NCBI GenBank assembly: GCA_964412625.1
Contig: CAYPPO010000001.1
Coordinates: 2,323 to 66,322, forward strand
Direction of reading: 5' to 3'
From: an uncultured Candidatus Poseidoniales archaeon
GTDB taxonomy: Archaea > Thermoplasmatota > Poseidoniia > Poseidoniales > Poseidoniaceae
Length of the DNA: 64,000 bases
This document shows, piece by piece, positions 53,446 through 62,330 of the stretch; within the stretch, counting starts at the first letter, position 1; the number at the start of each line of letters is the position of its first letter. The notes beneath the pieces were generated by a model. The model did no database searches and was not told the origin of the DNA. It saw nothing but the letters and a program-made list of their open reading frames with translations. The translations under genes were made by a program, and so were the position numbers.

Positions 53446-54304
53446 CTTTTTTCACCTTTCCTAAACCAAGGATATTTACTACTGGTACACCCAACTCTTC
53501 TGAGATAGCAACCTGCGCATCCACCCGGTATACTTCCGAAATCGCGGCGCTATTTAAGGCAACTCTTGGTTCATCATAGCAAAATATCTTTGACTCGTGA
53601 AGTATCATTATTTTGTCGGCAAATTTACTCGCTAGATTTATGTCATGCATCGCCACAATCGCACTACAAGGATTTTGTTTATCACCGACCAGTCCTTTGA
53701 TTTGTTTTAAAATTTCATATTGATTAAACAAGTCTAGGTTGCTTGTTGGTTCATCAAACAGGTATACTTTAGGTTGCTGAACAATCGCTTTTGCGACTAT
53801 AGCCTTTTGTTGTTCACCGCCAGATAAGGTGTGAAACTTGCGAAACGCAAAATTCTCCAAGGATAACTGTTTAATTACGCTGGAAACAATTTTCCTGTCA
53901 GACTCACTTACATTCCAATTGATGTATGGACGTCTGCCAAGCAGAATTACATCATAAACATCAATTGGGAAGCTCGTTGCAACTTTTTGCGGAACGTATG
54001 CTGCAAATTTAGCCAATTCGTTAATAGATAGTTGATCGATTGGGTAACCACAAATCTTCACTATCCCTGAATCAATTTTGTTAATTTTATTTAGACACTT
54101 AATCAATGTCGATTTGCCGGTCCCATTGATGCCCAACACCGCAACCAAGCAGTTTGGTTCAACTGAAAAACTGATGTCATCCAGTACGGTATTTTTGCCA
54201 TAACTAAACGATAGATTAGTTACTTCAACCAAATGGCGCTGCTTTTTACCTGAATTCGGGCTGTGAGTTTTAGGAGTTGACTTAGTTTCATCCATGGGTC
54301 GCAC
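53435..54304 (-). CDS. Iron-complex/heme/cobalamin-type ABC transporter ATP-binding protein (FecE/HmuV class)
   Basis: Walker A GINGTGKSTLI, LSGGEQQKAIVAKA, Walker B VYLFDEPTSNLD. Overlaps both neighbouring genes. Confidence 0.85.
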   Translation of the reverse strand: MRPMDETKSTPKTHSPNSGKKQRHLVEVTNLSFSYGKNTVLDDISFSVEPNCLVAVLGINGTGKSTLIKCLNKINKIDSGIVKICGYPIDQLSINELAKFAAYVPQKVATSFPIDVYDVILLGRRPYINWNVSESDRKIVSSVIKQLSLENFAFRKFHTLSGGEQQKAIVAKAIVQQPKVYLFDEPTSNLDLFNQYEILKQIKGLVGDKQNPCSAIVAMHDINLASKFADKIMILHESKIFCYDEPRVALNSAAISEVYRVDAQVAISEELGVPVVNILGLGKVKKDVK

Positions 54305-55433
54305 CTCGCTTACTCAATAACAAATACAAGAAGAATGGGCCGCCTAATATGGATAGCATTATACCGACTGGTAATACTACAGGGGCAAAAATGGTGCCAC
54401 CAATCGTATCCGCCACAAGAACCAGTAGCGCACCGATTAGTGCTGAACACGGAACTAATTTCCGATAATCGTTTCCGATGATTAATCGAGCAATATGCGG
54501 CGCAGCTAAGCCAACAAAACCAATTAGACCGGTGAAAGCGACGATTATTGAGGTTGCAAGAGCAGAGATAATTAGAATTTTTTTCCTAAGCACGCCAGGA
54601 TCCACGCCCGTTGATATAGCAAAATCGTCACCGCCTAAAGCAAGGGTGTTTAGATCCCAAGAATATTTGATAAGAATAGGAAACAAATAACCTAGAACGA
54701 CCCCGACGAACAATACAGTTTCTAAATCAGGGCGCCTGACGCTACCGAATGACCAATGGGTCAACTGGGCTAGTTGTTGTGGAGTTGCGAAATAGACCAG
54801 TGATTGAACTATTGCCCCGTTGATAAAAGTGATGGCAATTCCAACAAGGATGTATGATTCGGCAGAAATTCCTCTCAGTTCACCCAGTTTGATAATGATG
54901 AAAACGACAATTAAGGAAAAAGCAAACGTATTGATAACAATCATTGTGTTTGGTATTATTGCCCCCAGGTTAAGGGTGAAATCGGTGAGTGGAAGCGAAA
55001 TTGAAAAATCTGTTCCAACTACCGAAATTCCCAATATTATTGCTAATGCAGCGCCTAATGATGCTCCTGAAGCGACACCAAGCGTGAGTGGTGATACCAG
55101 CGGATTACCTAGACTTCCCTGCATTAAGGCGCCGGCAGTAGCCAGTGCTGCACCGGCCAAAATTGCCATCATGACCCTAGGTAATCGATATTTTAACAAA
55201 ATTACCGACTGAGTTTCGGTAGGCTCATCAATACCAAGAATTATTTTGATTATTTTACCAAAATCAAGTGATTCGGAAGAACCAAAACCCATAGCAAAAA
55301 TCGCAAAAAATACTGTCGAGGCAATCAATAATATCAGATACTTACGCTGATTTTTTGTCCGTTTATCGATTAAGTATTCTAATTGGTCAACCTCTTCTTC
55401 TTTTGATTCGAGATCTTGACCAGTATCACTCAA
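54288..55433 (-). CDS. FecCD-family ABC permease (HmuU/BtuC-like)
   Basis: LLKYRLPRVMMAILAGAALATAGALMQG and GLIGFVGLAAPHIARLIIG are the FecCD signature blocks. About 9-10 TM helices. Confidence 0.85.
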   Translation of the reverse strand: MSDTGQDLESKEEEVDQLEYLIDKRTKNQRKYLILLIASTVFFAIFAMGFGSSESLDFGKIIKIILGIDEPTETQSVILLKYRLPRVMMAILAGAALATAGALMQGSLGNPLVSPLTLGVASGASLGAALAIILGISVVGTDFSISLPLTDFTLNLGAIIPNTMIVINTFAFSLIVVFIIIKLGELRGISAESYILVGIAITFINGAIVQSLVYFATPQQLAQLTHWSFGSVRRPDLETVLFVGVVLGYLFPILIKYSWDLNTLALGGDDFAISTGVDPGVLRKKILIISALATSIIVAFTGLIGFVGLAAPHIARLIIGNDYRKLVPCSALIGALLVLVADTIGGTIFAPVVLPVGIMLSILGGPFFLYLLLSKRGATHG

Positions 55434-55443
55434 TTGATATCAC

Positions 55444-56532
55444 CTAGGCTACGCAAACGAATTTGCCAATCCGTTCATGTCCATGATATTTTGTGAAGTA
55501 ATCATCCAGAATTTGATTTGTATCTACATCTTCAAATAACTCCGGATGGAACATCTTGGCTAGTGTTGGGAGTCCGTGAATCATCATTGGGCCGGCAAAT
55601 TCTCCTGCCATGACTACCATCCTGTCATCTTTTACGGCGTTTATTCTGTCGAACCCGTCGCGGTCCTTGACAAAACCGAAATGCGATTCACACTGATTAT
55701 TTGGGTCATAATCATCATAGCCGATCTCGAAGGTAATTCCGTCGAACATTAACACATCTGGATTGCTATCAATAATCGCTTCGATATCGACGTGCGTCGT
55801 GTGACCAATTAAATCCTCAAACACATTCACTCCGCCAGCCATACCAATGATATCATTCCATTGTGAGTTCGCCGTTAACACAACCGGGTCCCTCGTTAAT
55901 GATGCATGGTGCTCCATAACGACATTCGGCCGTTCTGAGTCTGGCAAGTTGATTATTCTTGAGCTGACCAACTCTTCCAATTGATCAAATTCTTCGAGTA
56001 TTTCCTGCAGGACATCTTGTTTTCCAAACATGTCTGCTATTACTGACATTTCATCCCTAAGAGAATCATACTTGTAGAAATCTAGTGCTACTACATTGAT
56101 ACCTACCGGTTCTAACTTATTTCTGATCATCTCAGTATCGACCATACCATTAGTTGCAAAGACGATGTAGATTTCTGGTTGTACGTCAAACAGTGCTTCA
56201 AAATCTATCTCTGAGTGGGCTGAATTCTGTATTACTCTGGTGCCTTGTAATTCTGGCCATAAATCTGAGTCTTCAAAATCGCCAGACATACCTGCAATTA
56301 CCGACAAATCAACTTCTAGCATTCGCATTATAGTTGCTGCGTAGGTATTTGTGATTGCTACTCGTTTTGGTGCTTCATCGAAGTAATGAACTACATCATT
56401 AGAATCTGTGACTTGTATTGCGCCATCTGTTTGTAGAGATGAAGTATTACTGTCAGCAATTTTGTAAGCGCCAAATCCCAAAACCATCAGGATAACCAGC
56501 TGAATGGCAATTATCTTCTTGTCATTAAACAT
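55444..56532 (-). CDS. Cluster-A (BtuF/HmuT/FhuD-like) substrate-binding protein
   Basis: N-terminal anchor IIAIQLVILMVLGFGAY, PKRVAITNTYAATIM, PEIYIVFAT, PDVLMFDG, two-lobe layout. Abuts the upstream 772-aa gene with no spacer. Confidence 0.7.
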   Translation of the reverse strand: MFNDKKIIAIQLVILMVLGFGAYKIADSNTSSLQTDGAIQVTDSNDVVHYFDEAPKRVAITNTYAATIMRMLEVDLSVIAGMSGDFEDSDLWPELQGTRVIQNSAHSEIDFEALFDVQPEIYIVFATNGMVDTEMIRNKLEPVGINVVALDFYKYDSLRDEMSVIADMFGKQDVLQEILEEFDQLEELVSSRIINLPDSERPNVVMEHHASLTRDPVVLTANSQWNDIIGMAGGVNVFEDLIGHTTHVDIEAIIDSNPDVLMFDGITFEIGYDDYDPNNQCESHFGFVKDRDGFDRINAVKDDRMVVMAGEFAGPMMIHGLPTLAKMFHPELFEDVDTNQILDDYFTKYHGHERIGKFVCVA

Positions 56533-58848
56533 CTAATCACCATCTTGATCTCTTACACCCACCGCAATCAGGACAATCGTCAATACAGCAATAGTGGAAA
56601 GGAAACTTAGATTATCAGAGTCTTCATCAGACTCGTAAATGTAATTCACATAGGAGGAATTAGATAATTCTGAATATTTTCCGCCATCGAAACCTAAGTT
56701 CGCACGAAATCTATTCTGGCCTTGTTCAAATTCAGAGAAAGTGACAAAGTTGTCAGTTCCGTTATAGACTTCGGTTGTCGTACCATCCGGTGATGTATGG
56801 TACAATGAGTACCAATCAGCTTCCACTGTTTTGCTCCAACTGATATACAATCCATCGTTAGTGTCTAAATCTTGAGCGTATGGTAAGTTGAGTTCGGGCA
56901 CTGGAACGACATAATTTACCTCTAGGGAAATAGTTTCGCTTGAAATTTTAGTGCCCGAAAACAGGGTAACTTCAATGTGGTAAACATAATCACCGTCTGC
57001 TTGGTTTGTAACCGAGAACGAAGTATCAGTACCAGTATAAATCGATTCACCATCTTGGAATAATTCGTATGACATTGCACTACCAAATGAGCCCCAATTG
57101 ATAAGGTAATCTTTGGTGTTTACCGTTTGGCTTTCCGTAACAAATTGAGGTTGGGAAGGTATGCCAGAATAGTCCGACAGATGATAAGTCACAGACTCAG
57201 AGTGAGACCCGGGTAACCGATCAATGATTTTCACCCAGTTTCGAACAGTTTCATTAAACCACAACTCCCACGAAACAATGTCATCTCCTAAGTCCTTGAT
57301 CTCGTAGTGTGTAGTTAAGTAAGTACCACTTGGTGTCTCCAAAAGGACATTGTCAGTCACCGTTACCGTGTTGTTGGTGTCATCATACCCGTTAGGATGG
57401 CCTGGCACACCGATAATGTTAGTCCGATTGAAATGACCAAATTCAGCATCACCAGAGAATAAATCTGTTATTTGACCGCCTTGTGTGGTATATTGCCAAC
57501 CCATGGTGCCATCAACAAAATACGATGAGGTTTCTGAATATGTCCTTACTTTTAGTAAATTATCTGTGTCAATCCAATGATACCTAACTCTGTCGGGAGT
57601 ATCATATTCATCAACTACCTTCAACAGGTAGCATTCTTGTTCTACTCCAAACGCATCTAACATGGCCTCTGTCCCAACCATAGTCATCGTTACATTATGT
57701 GTTCCACTGCTACTTGCAGGATAGTAATCTATCTCGTAGGACCAATTCATACCAACGTTCCAAAAACCATCGCCTGGGTCTTCTAATACTACTACTGTAA
57801 GTGTTTTAACACCAGGTGTTGTGCCGTTAGGGTTGACTGCGACTAATCTGAATTGGTATGTCCCTGCACTAGATGGCGAGAATACAAAATCTTCACTAAA
57901 ACCACGATATGCTAATTGATCTTCGAGATATAAATCGAAATATTCAGTGTAGTCACCCCCACTCCAAGAGATTGTTTTTGACCCTTCAGTAACAACCATG
58001 TCAAAAGACTGAGTGACAAAGGACGGAGCTTCCGGTTTCTCTGGTACAATTTGTGAGGTTAAGTTATACCAACCAGTATTACCATTGACCAAATGGTCAT
58101 AGACAGCAACCAATTCAATCGAGCCGGAGTGCGCAGAAATATTGTACTGGTTACCTATCTGCAGCCCGCAAATCGAGTAAAAGCCCTCTTCGTCTGTGTA
58201 AACTGATTGTTCGCCTATTGATATGACAGCATTGGGCATGTGGTTGTCATAAATATCTGTGAGGTGACCAAACTTACAATTCTCTTGTGAGTTCAATACC
58301 ATGTGATTTAGATATGGTTCGTTTGAAGAACCACTCCTCAGCTTCATTACGTATTCTCTAACTTCACCATCGCTATATGTCGCAGATATGCTGTGATACT
58401 GGCCGATATCATATGGTCCAAATGAAATCAAGTCGCCCGATGACTTAGTTTCGGTTGAATCTTGACTTGTCACAGTAAACTGGGCTGCATCGTCATTAGT
58501 TTCAATTGTGATCCAATTTTTGTTTACAATCCAATCAAGCGACATGTCGGCACTGACAACTACTTTTCGATAAACAGCCGTGTGACCATTGTTTAGGAAA
58601 TAAGCCCGTATTGAGTAATCACCTTCGGGTATGTCGCCGTATTGATAAAAACCGTTACTATCCGTCCAAATTGATTCATAGCCTGATAATTTTATCGAAG
58701 TACTGCCAGCTAGGTTTCCTTCACTGTCGTAGACGTATCCAGAAATTGTATAACTGTCGTTGCTTTCTTCACCTGACACGTTTGTTAATTCGACTGGTAA
58801 TATCGAAATACCAAATAGCAGAATCAGTAAATATGCAGTTTTCTTCAT
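56533..58848 (-). CDS. Large surface protein: signal peptide, two CarboxypepD_reg-like modules, three FN3-like modules around a ~230-aa unassigned central domain, C-terminal TM anchor
   Basis: ATG 58848 (MKKTAYLLILLFGISILP) preceded by GGGTGA. YTISGYVYDSEGNLAGSTSIKLSG.. and ISIGEQSVYTDEEGFYSICGL.. Repeats of the ISWS/INWG..Y.LY type. C-terminal LSFLSTIAVLTIVLIAVG. Confidence 0.55.
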   Translation of the reverse strand: MKKTAYLLILLFGISILPVELTNVSGEESNDSYTISGYVYDSEGNLAGSTSIKLSGYESIWTDSNGFYQYGDIPEGDYSIRAYFLNNGHTAVYRKVVVSADMSLDWIVNKNWITIETNDDAAQFTVTSQDSTETKSSGDLISFGPYDIGQYHSISATYSDGEVREYVMKLRSGSSNEPYLNHMVLNSQENCKFGHLTDIYDNHMPNAVISIGEQSVYTDEEGFYSICGLQIGNQYNISAHSGSIELVAVYDHLVNGNTGWYNLTSQIVPEKPEAPSFVTQSFDMVVTEGSKTISWSGGDYTEYFDLYLEDQLAYRGFSEDFVFSPSSAGTYQFRLVAVNPNGTTPGVKTLTVVVLEDPGDGFWNVGMNWSYEIDYYPASSSGTHNVTMTMVGTEAMLDAFGVEQECYLLKVVDEYDTPDRVRYHWIDTDNLLKVRTYSETSSYFVDGTMGWQYTTQGGQITDLFSGDAEFGHFNRTNIIGVPGHPNGYDDTNNTVTVTDNVLLETPSGTYLTTHYEIKDLGDDIVSWELWFNETVRNWVKIIDRLPGSHSESVTYHLSDYSGIPSQPQFVTESQTVNTKDYLINWGSFGSAMSYELFQDGESIYTGTDTSFSVTNQADGDYVYHIEVTLFSGTKISSETISLEVNYVVPVPELNLPYAQDLDTNDGLYISWSKTVEADWYSLYHTSPDGTTTEVYNGTDNFVTFSEFEQGQNRFRANLGFDGGKYSELSNSSYVNYIYESDEDSDNLSFLSTIAVLTIVLIAVGVRDQDGD

Positions 58849-58876
58849 GCTCGTCACCCGTGGACATAGATGCCAA

Positions 58877-58919
58877 CGGAGCATGCTTCGTTTCTGGGTG
58901 ACAATTGAAGCATGCTCCG
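58877..58919 (-). other. Strong RNA/DNA hairpin: perfect 13-bp stem CGGAGCATGCTTC / GAAGCATGCTCCG with a 17-nt loop, between the lipoprotein gene and the 772-aa gene
   Basis: Read directly. Arms at 58877-58889 and 58907-58919. A second 6-bp hairpin, GTTAGC-TAAGG-GCTAAC, lies at 58937-58953. No oligo-T follows on the minus strand. Confidence 0.7.
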
Positions 58920-58964
58920 CCAGCGGTGATGTCAAAGTTAGCTAAGGGCTAACTGTGCCTAGCC

Positions 58965-60242
58965 TCAAGCGTAGGTGCCAAGTTCAGCAGCGGTAATGCC
59001 GTAGTGGTGCAATACCATCTGCATGTATGGTGCGATGTCGTATGATGTACCAAGTTTGGTTGCATCTTGTAGGTTGACGATCTCGTTGATCTCACCTGCT
59101 CCGTAGTTGTCGTAGTACATGTCTGCGCTGAAACCTTCGTTGCAGTTGGTTTCATTCATTTCGTCGCCCATTGGACCTGTTTCCATGTTGGCCATTGTGT
59201 GGGTTTCCATGTTGTAGCAACCGGTAAATGTTGTGCCGTCTGGCATTGCTTGGTTTTCGTAGTACTGGAATCCGTCACAGTTACTTGCTTGACCTGCACC
59301 AATGTAAGACATGGTGTGTGTCTTGCTGTTATAACATGCGTCGGTGTAGTCAGCGACGTATGCCTCAATTACCTTCCAGAAAGCATAGCCCTCTGCTTGG
59401 TATTTTGGACCGTTGTCAGCATCGTCCATCTTGTAGGTGTACTTCATTGTAGCTTGTGTGTATGTGATTATAACGTTCTTGACAACTGTGTTAGTTGCGG
59501 CGGTGTAACCTGCTTGATCTTCTGCTTGTAGCGCAGCAAGTCCATCAATCATTGCAGTCTCAACAGCACTTAGTGTGTTAGAAACCCCGTCAGTTTCGGT
59601 TCCGAAATCTGCGGATCGCTTCTTGAATGTGTTAGCAGGAGCGCAGCCTAGATTTTCATCTGGTCCGTGGAAGAAAGCCCAACCTTCGTCCCAGTTGTGT
59701 GGTGCGCCGGAGTCGTTGTCGACATTGCCTTCATTAGCTTTGCCTACTGCGGTGTTTAGTTCGTGGATTGTGTAACCAATCATTCCCATGTTAGCGGTTA
59801 GTTTAGCAACACCCTGGTATCTGACTGTGTCAGAGGTTCCAGCAAAATCACCTGTACCGTCTAGAGCAGCGGTGATGTGTGCTCCGATAGATCCGCTCTG
59901 TCCATAGAATGCGTCATATCCATGGTTCTTGCCATCAGCGGCGGCGAATCCTGCAAGAGTTCGGTAACTTCCGTCACTCTTCTCTGCGTTCTTACCGTTT
60001 TCATAGATGTCCTTTGCAGTTGCCCAGTCGTAGGCAGATGCTGCAGTCTTGATGTCGCACAAGTCCGCCATCAAGGCACGGTGATTGTCAACATTGGACG
60101 CATAGGTGTAGCCACCATCAGTCACTACAACTGTTGTGCTGCTGCCACCATCGTCGTCGTCGTCATCTCCGATACATCCTGCAAGTCCTGCAGCTGCCAT
60201 CAATACAATTAATATCATTCCTTTCAATTTCGTTTGGTTCAT
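58965..60242 (-). CDS. Lipobox-bearing secreted protein of unknown family; candidate metal/iron-binding surface protein
   Basis: MNQTKLKGMILIVLMAAAGLAGC (lipobox LAGC) followed by a D6 linker. Motif NVDNDSGAPHNWDEGWAFFHGP. Duplicated CYN..THTM motif. Gly/Thr/Ala/Tyr-rich. Confidence 0.55.
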   Translation of the reverse strand: MNQTKLKGMILIVLMAAAGLAGCIGDDDDDDGGSSTTVVVTDGGYTYASNVDNHRALMADLCDIKTAASAYDWATAKDIYENGKNAEKSDGSYRTLAGFAAADGKNHGYDAFYGQSGSIGAHITAALDGTGDFAGTSDTVRYQGVAKLTANMGMIGYTIHELNTAVGKANEGNVDNDSGAPHNWDEGWAFFHGPDENLGCAPANTFKKRSADFGTETDGVSNTLSAVETAMIDGLAALQAEDQAGYTAATNTVVKNVIITYTQATMKYTYKMDDADNGPKYQAEGYAFWKVIEAYVADYTDACYNSKTHTMSYIGAGQASNCDGFQYYENQAMPDGTTFTGCYNMETHTMANMETGPMGDEMNETNCNEGFSADMYYDNYGAGEINEIVNLQDATKLGTSYDIAPYMQMVLHHYGITAAELGTYA

Positions 60243-60321
60243 AATATATACCCCTTTTCGGCTGCCCTAAAAACCTAACCTACTAAAAGATTAGGATGCC
60301 CTTAACTATCAATTTAGTGCC

Positions 60322-61239
60322 TTATTTTGCCAAAATCCAATGTACTGTGAGGCCTTCTACATATCTGTCACTGGCTAAACCTGTGTGTCCAACTGGCCTG
60401 ACCACGACAAGGATATCTAGTTCACCACCCCAAGAAGAGTGGGCAGCACAGAACACCTCACCAACTTTGATTCCTTGCGGGTCAGAACTCAACGTCAGAC
60501 TTCTTAATTCATACAGCCTTATGTCTAGCTCAAGGTTTTCCCCGCCAGTGTCGTACGTATGGGTCTTCTTGTCCTTTATTGGCGATAGCAACATCTCATC
60601 TTCATCGATATCAAATACAATCTGTTCATCCAACAATTGGACTGCTTGCGCCAATCGTGACTGTTGCATGTCGAATATGTCTGCAATGGTCAAAGTTGAT
60701 GAGGCTGAAGCAAGCTTACTAAATTGATGAGGGGTCCTCAACTTGAGTGACTGAACAATTTCAACGTTCAAGCCCCCGTCCATAGGCAGCATCAACCAGG
60801 TATATTGTTGCCCGGCGGGATACAATGGTGCGTTTGGGTTCTCAGTAAATAGTGGCTGACCCCACTCGCTGGGAGACCTAGGATTTGATGTTGGAGCAAA
60901 CCCGCCAATCAACAACACAACAATCATACAAATTATCGCATATACCCTAATTTTGCCGAACTTTTGCCACGATTCCCTCCCTGCTGGACTTAACACTGAG
61001 AGCGTCAGCGCCGATGGCAACACTATCAAAACTCCCCAAGGAATCAACCACAACATCAAGACACATAGAATCAGCATTTCTAGACCTTTATCCCCATAAG
61101 CAAGCCTAAATTCGAATTTGCCTTCACCTTCAATTCGATTTAAGATGTACACTACTAAGAATAGAACAGCTACCATTAGCAATGATATAATTACCGAGAC
61201 AAGCATCTTAAACAAATTCAGGATTAAGCGACCTAACAA
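60322..61239 (-). CDS. Membrane protein (about 4 TM helices plus a C-terminal soluble domain), unknown function
   Basis: 305-aa ORF with hydrophobic helices VSVIISLLMVAVLFLVVYIL, MLILCVLMLWLIPWGVLIVL, VYAIICMIVVLLIGGF. No recognisable motif. Confidence 0.4.
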   Translation of the reverse strand: MLGRLILNLFKMLVSVIISLLMVAVLFLVVYILNRIEGEGKFEFRLAYGDKGLEMLILCVLMLWLIPWGVLIVLPSALTLSVLSPAGRESWQKFGKIRVYAIICMIVVLLIGGFAPTSNPRSPSEWGQPLFTENPNAPLYPAGQQYTWLMLPMDGGLNVEIVQSLKLRTPHQFSKLASASSTLTIADIFDMQQSRLAQAVQLLDEQIVFDIDEDEMLLSPIKDKKTHTYDTGGENLELDIRLYELRSLTLSSDPQGIKVGEVFCAAHSSWGGELDILVVVRPVGHTGLASDRYVEGLTVHWILAK

Positions 61240-61303
61240 TAATGTTTGCTAATATTATGAATTTTCAAGTTAATTTGTCATAGTTGAAGCAACAGGCCAC
61301 ATC

Positions 61304-62329
61304 ATGGCAGACGAGGTTATTGAGTTAATTGATATCTCATTTCGCCATAAAATTCCGAATCCAAAATTCACCAATCCGTGGAAAACTCGTAAAGGGCCCG
61401 GAATTTTCAAATTGAGCCTTTCGCTTGGTAGTGGAAAAATCCTCGGATTGGTTGGACCAAACGGTGCCGGAAAAACAACTTTACTGAGGATTTTAGCCGG
61501 AATAATTCCAATTGATGATGGCAAGATAATTTTTGATGGAATGGATTTGAGCGCATCTAAAGGTACTATTGAAGAATATTTGAGATCTAATGTTGGCCAC
61601 ATGCCAGAACAAGTGCGATGGTCCGGTAATACTACAGTGCTTGAAACCATAAGTCAATTTGCAGAGATGCGGCAAGAATCTGTGTCCAGCAAAAAATTAC
61701 TCGCCTTAGTTGGCCTAAGTGCGAAGTCTGACTCTACCCTTGATGAACTGAGCCAAGGAATGAGGCAGCGTCTGAGTTTAGCTGTGGCTCTCATGGGTTC
61801 TCCGAAAGTATTGTTACTCGACGAGCCGTTTAACGGCTTAGACCCGGTGGCAGCAAAATCCGTTGAAAAGATGATAAAGGAATTAGCAAATAATGGTGTT
61901 TCAATAATCATTTCATCCCATCAGGTAAGCGGCCTTGCTTACTTAATCGATAAATTGCTGCTGATACATCGTGGACAAATAGTCGCTGATGGCTCGATTG
62001 ATGAAATAGAATCTAAACTTGGATTAGATAATAGAATGGAAATTCGGGGGCTCGGTGAGATACCCAATTTTGCTGATTTCCCCGGAATGAATAATATTCT
62101 GAGTAGCGGCTCAGAAGGCGATTTTTGGACTTGTACCGTACAAAATCCTAGTACAAATGCCATCAAGGATATTATTAAAGCGGGTTATGACATAATTGAA
62201 TGGAAGAGGAAACCTCCAGATATAGTTGAATTATTATGCCACGCTACTGGATTAGAAATTGCAGATATTGGCATGGAATTACAAACCTCGGATATGATGC
62301 CCTTAAGATCTAAAACGGAGGAGGAATAG
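61304..62329 (+). CDS. ABC-2-type transporter ATP-binding protein with a ~110-aa C-terminal extension
   Basis: Walker A GPNGAGKTTLLR, signature LSQGMRQRLSLAVAL, Walker B VLLLDEPFNGLD, H-loop SSHQ. Confidence 0.85.
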   Translation: MADEVIELIDISFRHKIPNPKFTNPWKTRKGPGIFKLSLSLGSGKILGLVGPNGAGKTTLLRILAGIIPIDDGKIIFDGMDLSASKGTIEEYLRSNVGHMPEQVRWSGNTTVLETISQFAEMRQESVSSKKLLALVGLSAKSDSTLDELSQGMRQRLSLAVALMGSPKVLLLDEPFNGLDPVAAKSVEKMIKELANNGVSIIISSHQVSGLAYLIDKLLLIHRGQIVADGSIDEIESKLGLDNRMEIRGLGEIPNFADFPGMNNILSSGSEGDFWTCTVQNPSTNAIKDIIKAGYDIIEWKRKPPDIVELLCHATGLEIADIGMELQTSDMMPLRSKTEEE

Positions 62330-62330
62330 G

